Of a stretch of DNA of 64,000 nt, positions 60,850 through 64,000 are shown piece after piece. The DNA comes from Candidatus Uhrbacteria bacterium (lineage in GTDB: Bacteria > Patescibacteriota > Patescibacteriia > UBA9934 > GWF2-40-263), in assembly GCA_014239775.1 (NCBI GenBank), contig JAAZYG010000039.1:6134-70133 (forward strand), given 5' to 3'. Every line of letters starts with the position of its first letter. The first letter of the stretch is position 1. The notes under the pieces were generated by a model, which was not told the origin of the DNA, searched no databases, and saw nothing but the letters and a program-made list of their open reading frames with translations. The translations under genes were made by a program, and so were the position numbers.

Positions 60850-62026
60850 CTTTAAACTCTTCTAATGAATAAGCTATTTCTATATCAGGTGATACACCTT
60901 CTTCGTTAATAGACCTGCCATTTGGAGTATACCACTCTGCAGTTGTTATTTTAACAGCAGACCCGTCTTTTAATCTACGATATTCCTGAACTGAACCCTT
61001 TCCAAATGTCTGTGTCCCCACAAGTGTTGCAAGTTTATAATCCTGCAATGCACCTGCTACTATCTCTGAGCCTGAGGCACTTCCACCATTAATAAGTACA
61101 ACCGTCTTCGTATCCACCAACTGCGATGATTTTACACCTTTAAATGTTTTTGCTTTGTCTTTTGCTCTTTCTATTACAACTGCATCATACCCAATCCACG
61201 CTGATGCCATATCAATTGCTGATGTTAGAAGTCCTCCTGGATTACTTCTTAAATCTAAAATCACACCTGATACATTTGATGATAAGGCCTCTTGAATTGC
61301 CTCATTGAATAATTGATTAGTATCCTGATTAAATGTAGAAACAGAGATATGTATTATTTTATTTTCATCAATCTCCCATTTTACAGAATCTATTACAATA
61401 TCATCTCGTACAACAGGAACAATTATGACAGAGCCTAATCCATTTTTACTAATACCCAATTCAACAGTCGAACCTTTTTCTCCCCTAATTTTTGTCACAG
61501 CCTCTTCTATTGTCATACCCATCGTTTCAAACTCATCAATTGAAACGATCCAATCCCCAGGTTGAAGACCGGCCTTTTGTGCTGGAGAATTATCAAGTGG
61601 TGCTATTATCTGCAACTTATCATCCTTCAACCCTATCTCAGCACCAATACCCTGAAAAGTACCCTCTAAACTAGACATGAACATATTTGCTTCTTCTGGA
61701 TCAAAAAATACAGAGTAAGGATCATTAAGTCCTGATAATAAACCTTTCATAGAACCGAAATACAAATCCTTGTCAGAAACAGGTTGTTTATAAAAAGATT
61801 CTTTTGCAAAATTCCATACATTCCAAAATTGATCAAATGCAACATCTTCTTGTAAATGCACTGGGACTTTCTTGCCAACAACACGTCCTTCACCATCAGG
61901 AACAGTTGCAATTTCAACACTCCTTCCACCAATAAAATAACCCATAAAAAACGCTAATGTGATAAGCATTAGCCCAAGGAGAGTCAAACTTGTCTTTGAC
62001 ACTGATTGTTTGTGTATTTGTCGCAT
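60743..62026 (-). CDS. ctpA: C-terminal processing (tail-specific) peptidase, S41 family, with PDZ domain
   Basis: N-terminal TM, PDZ GLQPGDWIVSID, S41 catalytic LINGGSASGSEIVAGALQD...GKGSVQ. Confidence 0.85.
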   Translation of the reverse strand: MRQIHKQSVSKTSLTLLGLMLITLAFFMGYFIGGRSVEIATVPDGEGRVVGKKVPVHLQEDVAFDQFWNVWNFAKESFYKQPVSDKDLYFGSMKGLLSGLNDPYSVFFDPEEANMFMSSLEGTFQGIGAEIGLKDDKLQIIAPLDNSPAQKAGLQPGDWIVSIDEFETMGMTIEEAVTKIRGEKGSTVELGISKNGLGSVIIVPVVRDDIVIDSVKWEIDENKIIHISVSTFNQDTNQLFNEAIQEALSSNVSGVILDLRSNPGGLLTSAIDMASAWIGYDAVVIERAKDKAKTFKGVKSSQLVDTKTVVLINGGSASGSEIVAGALQDYKLATLVGTQTFGKGSVQEYRRLKDGSAVKITTAEWYTPNGRSINEEGVSPDIEIAYSLEEFKDGKDPQKDTAVAIILGTYEEPEDKSEEITGESEEK

Positions 62027-62089
62027 AATTTCAATATAGAATACCTGTATTTACCCTTCACGTCAAAACCGGTAACATAGATTCTATAT

Positions 62090-63406
62090 ATGATAAAACA
62101 CTGGAGACCACTGTTATTTACCCTTTTTTTTGTTGGTTTTTTTATCACAGCACCCATTGTTGTGTTACACACTGCTGGATATAGATATAATTTTTTAATT
62201 AATAAAGTAGTGAAAACTGGGGTTATTTCTTTGTCATCTTATCCAAAAGGTGCGGATATTTATATTGATAACAAACTACAAAACAAACAAACACCTCTTG
62301 TTATAGACAACCTTATTCCTGGAGAACATACTGTTAAAGTTGTAAAAGATGACTATACTACATGGCAAAAAACATTAGAGGTAGTAAGTAATGAAACCAC
62401 TTTTGCATCAAATATTGTCCTATTTTTAAATACAGATACAAAAAAAATAAATCAACAACAAACACTTGTATCAAAATTTAATTCAAAAGGTGATATTGCA
62501 TATATAAAACAAAATGAAAAAATAATTGAATTATGGATCAAATTGTTAAATAAGCCTGAAAAATTGATTCTGAGAAACACATACACAATACAACAAACAC
62601 CAGAAATTCAGTGGTCACCAGATGGAAAACATATTTTTTTCTTTATAGATAATCAAAAAACAGCAACAATCATTCAAACTAAAACTAATGATATTAAGGA
62701 AGTGCCGTTCGATAAACAAACAAGATTTGTTTGGGATATAAATTCAGAAAATTTTTATACAATTAAAAATAATATAATAACTTATAATCTGCTGAGTAAT
62801 AAACCTACTACACTTAATTTTACAGCAGATAATATTACTTCCTATAAGGACTCCTTCATAGGAATTCAGTCTTCAAATAATCACACAACCGTATCTGTAA
62901 TAGACAGTAGTGGTCTTTCCTCTATAATTACATATCTAGACATAGGTGATTACTCATTTATTGATTCTCCTGACCAATATATAATGCTAAAAAATAATTC
63001 TGCTCATAAAATTATTTTAATTGATCCAAATAATAAAAAAAATCCAATATCTCTTACTGCTAATTCTGTCACATGGGATTGGAACCATGACTACAGTAAG
63101 TTATTGTTTAGTGATGGATTAGATATAACAATTTATGATATAAATAATAATTATTTTGAAACTGTAACCAGATTAAGTACTGATATAATAAAACTTAGCT
63201 GGTATCCATATGGTAACTCTATAATATTTCAAACCAAATTAGGAGTAACTACGCTTGAAATTGATGATAGAGACATGCAAAATGAAAATAAACTTTTTGA
63301 TTATACTGTTGATGATTACTGGATTGATAAAGAGGGTAAAAATATTTACATCATAAAATCAACCGATCAAACCACTGAATTTTTGATGAGAAACCTACAA
63401 AAATAA
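62090..63406 (+). CDS. secreted PEGA-domain protein with WD40/TolB-like beta-propeller-like C-terminal region
   Basis: N-terminal TM; PEGA motif YPKGADIYIDNKLQNKQTPLVIDNLIPGEHTVKV; repeated SWSPDGKHIFF-like blades. Confidence 0.5.
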   Translation: MIKHWRPLLFTLFFVGFFITAPIVVLHTAGYRYNFLINKVVKTGVISLSSYPKGADIYIDNKLQNKQTPLVIDNLIPGEHTVKVVKDDYTTWQKTLEVVSNETTFASNIVLFLNTDTKKINQQQTLVSKFNSKGDIAYIKQNEKIIELWIKLLNKPEKLILRNTYTIQQTPEIQWSPDGKHIFFFIDNQKTATIIQTKTNDIKEVPFDKQTRFVWDINSENFYTIKNNIITYNLLSNKPTTLNFTADNITSYKDSFIGIQSSNNHTTVSVIDSSGLSSIITYLDIGDYSFIDSPDQYIMLKNNSAHKIILIDPNNKKNPISLTANSVTWDWNHDYSKLLFSDGLDITIYDINNNYFETVTRLSTDIIKLSWYPYGNSIIFQTKLGVTTLEIDDRDMQNENKLFDYTVDDYWIDKEGKNIYIIKSTDQTTEFLMRNLQK

Positions 63407-63445
63407 AGGATAAAATCCTTTATTTTACTTATAAAATTTATCTAC

Positions 63446-64000
63446 CTATAACTCAACTACACTATTGTCACCAACAATTAATCGATGTCCTGTTTTTGGA
63501 TGTGAGAATTTATGATCAGTGATTTTGGCGTTTATACCTATTAAGCTACCTGCTATTCTACTGTCAGTATGAATAGAAGAGCCGCTAAAAATAATCGAAT
63601 GTTCAACTTCCGAATCTTTAATAGATACATTGTCACCTATTGCTGTATACGGCCCTATATAAGAAGACTCAATCAAACAATTTTCACCTATAACTACAGG
63701 ACCTCTTATAAGAGTATCTTTATTGATTTTTGTACCTTTACCAACACCCACCAAACCTTCTAACTGCGCATTTTTTGATACATCGCCCTCTATTGAAAAA
63801 TGGTCTCTTTGTAGATCATCCATTATTAATGCATTGCCCTCTATTAAGGCATCTGGTGTACCTGTATCTTTCCACCAACCAGTAATTTCCTCATGGCCAA
63901 CTTTCCCATTTCTTATATACCAAGTTATTATGTCAGTAATTTCATACTCTCCTCGTTCAGAAGGTTCCATTGTTTTAAATGCATCAAAAAAATTTTCATT
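63446..64000 (-). CDS. sugar-phosphate nucleotidyltransferase (C-terminal part incl. left-handed beta-helix); N-terminus beyond window end
   Basis: GEYEITD motif typical of G1P nucleotidyltransferases near listed start, hexapeptide repeats downstream; ORF open to window edge. Confidence 0.5.
   Translation of the reverse strand, partial: NENFFDAFKTMEPSERGEYEITDIITWYIRNGKVGHEEITGWWKDTGTPDALIEGNALIMDDLQRDHFSIEGDVSKNAQLEGLVGVGKGTKINKDTLIRGPVVIGENCLIESSYIGPYTAIGDNVSIKDSEVEHSIIFSGSSIHTDSRIAGSLIGINAKITDHKFSHPKTGHRLIVGDNSVVEL

Overview
This is a 64 kb, gene-dense, low-GC (about 33-35%) bacterial chromosomal segment. Most genes lie on the minus strand in long co-directional, often overlapping operons. 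The gene content resembles the small streamlined genomes of Candidate Phyla Radiation (CPR, also called Patescibacteria); this attribution is inference from gene content, not a measurement.

Sequence motifs support these housekeeping genes:
- secA, with a C-terminal CxxC...CH zinc motif.
- hpf, murB, murC, glyA, folD, dnaB, ybaB, recR, rplU.
- A heat-shock operon hrcA-grpE-dnaK-dnaJ followed by tgt, preceded by a perfect CIRCE operator that overlaps a sigma70-like promoter.
- trxA, purA, murF-ftsI, thiI.
- cobO next to a class II (B12-dependent) ribonucleotide reductase nrdJ.
- rpmB, hflX, hup, a riboflavin kinase, a Nudix hydrolase and ctpA.

A tRNA-Glu(CUC) lies at 29087..29161. Between the conserved genes are many hypothetical membrane or secreted proteins.

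Observations worth follow-up:
- Two 17-nt NrdR-box-like palindromes sit upstream of nrdJ.
- A segment of moderately higher GC flanks the tRNA-Glu and carries a small membrane protein plus a CHAP-amidase cassette (holin/endolysin-like).
- A 19-bp GNRA-capped hairpin sequesters the tRNA CCA end.
- A 32-bp perfect palindrome lies in a 400-bp AT-rich intergenic region upstream of a Cys-rich secreted protein.
- A higher-GC orphan gene (44583..45224) has its own strong promoter and a roughly 110-nt leader.
- Two paralogous membrane-anchored small methyltransferases.
- A membrane-anchored ClpC/ClpB-type AAA+ protein.
- A Hanks-type Ser/Thr kinase co-oriented with secA, and a PP2C phosphatase with a long unknown C-terminal domain.

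No CRISPR array, rRNA, transposase or integrase was recognised.
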